Shown: one piece after another, positions 15,056 through 15,532 of the stretch
Numbering within the stretch: position 1 is the stretch's first letter
Layout of the letters: the number at the start of each line of letters is the position of its first letter
DNA from: Candidatus Geohabitans tengchongensis
Lineage (GTDB): Bacteria; Sysuimicrobiota; Sysuimicrobiia; Sysuimicrobiales; Humicultoraceae
Assembly: GCA_031459625.1 (NCBI GenBank)
Contig: JAVKIH010000001.1
Location: 339,302-354,833 of the forward strand
Length of the DNA: 15,532 nt
Reading direction: 5' to 3'
Translations under genes and position numbers: made by a program
The notes under the pieces: generated by a model
The model's database searches: none
What the model was told of the DNA's origin: nothing
Seen by the model: the letters and a program-made list of their open reading frames with translations, nothing else

Positions 15056-15532
15056 TGCACCAGTCCCGGTTCCTTGGACACTCTCTCGGCTTCGCTGATC
15101 ATGCTGCCGCCACCTGCTGGGCGAGCGCGTAGGCCTCCCGTGGCGTCTTGTGCCCATGGCGCTCGATGAGCCACTGGGTGTTGTAGCGCGCGACGAAGGC
15201 GCTGACCGCCGTGCGTAGGTCGTCGAGATCGACGTACGTCCGGGCCCACAAGCACTGCTCTTTGAGCGTGCGGATGAACCGCTCGGCACAGCCATTGCAC
15301 GGGGGCTCTCCAGCGAACGCCGGGGACGGTTCGATCCCCAGCCAGCGCAGCGCGCCTTGGAAGTGCCCCGAGGTGTACTGTGGCCCCCAGTCGTGCCGCA
15401 GCGCGATCCCCCGAGCGACGTCGGGCGTCACCTCCCCGAACCGCTGACGCACCGCGTCGTAGATCGGCTCGGTGGCCGCAAAGCGATCGCCGCGCTTGGC
15501 CACCGTCGTCCAGACCTCGGCGGTGTAGTGAT
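15056..15532 (-). mobile_element. IS3-family insertion sequence, right end (continues off the window)
   Basis: Terminal repeat TGCACCAGTCCCGGTTCCTTGGACAC starting at 15056, 43 bp beyond the transposase stop, directly abutting the permease fragment. Confidence 0.82.
15099..15532 (-). CDS. IS3-family transposase, integrase core (C-terminal part)
   Basis: HYTAEVW...LRHDWGPQYTS...NGCAERFIRTLKEQ...YN...TPRE, containing the second D and the E of the DDE triad; the frame stays open to the window edge. Confidence 0.9.
   Translation of the reverse strand, partial: HYTAEVWTTVAKRGDRFAATEPIYDAVRQRFGEVTPDVARGIALRHDWGPQYTSGHFQGALRWLGIEPSPAFAGEPPCNGCAERFIRTLKEQCLWARTYVDLDDLRTAVSAFVARYNTQWLIERHGHKTPREAYALAQQVAAA

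Noticed and set aside
1..15532. CRISPR array, tRNA (including selC), rRNA or clear intrinsic terminators
   Set aside because: I saw no regularly spaced repeats, cloverleaf or convincing hairpin plus U-tract.

Overview
High-GC (roughly 70% by eye) bacterial window. The left 5.7 kb looks like a redox/stress module. It holds a partial DUF3179 gene at the edge, a haloacid dehalogenase-like HAD, a DUF1059 mini-protein, a TlpA-type CxxC thioredoxin, and a C-terminally truncated flavin-disulfide reductase (MerA/LpdA-like) fused tail-to-tail with a second truncated gene. It also holds a 47-aa Cys/His mini-protein absent from the ORF track, a second DUF3179 gene that reads through an in-frame UGA as a UxxC selenoprotein with a SECIS-like hairpin, and a Crp/Fnr regulator. 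Both divergent intergenic regions of this module carry TGT-N10-ACA Crp-type boxes placed at -41.5/-42.5 relative to TAnnnT -10 boxes, which suggests a local regulon. The middle holds a Tat-exported unknown protein, an ACT-domain protein, a CynX-like MFS transporter, an FxLYD-like exported protein and a YbaK/CoA-binding fusion. The right part holds a collapsed LeuA/homocitrate-synthase-like remnant, a cyclic amidohydrolase, an M20 N-carbamoyl hydrolase, a GabT-like aminotransferase, and an ABC permease fragment trapped between a putative transposon end and an IS3-family element that runs off the window. All family assignments come from motif recognition by eye, not database searches.
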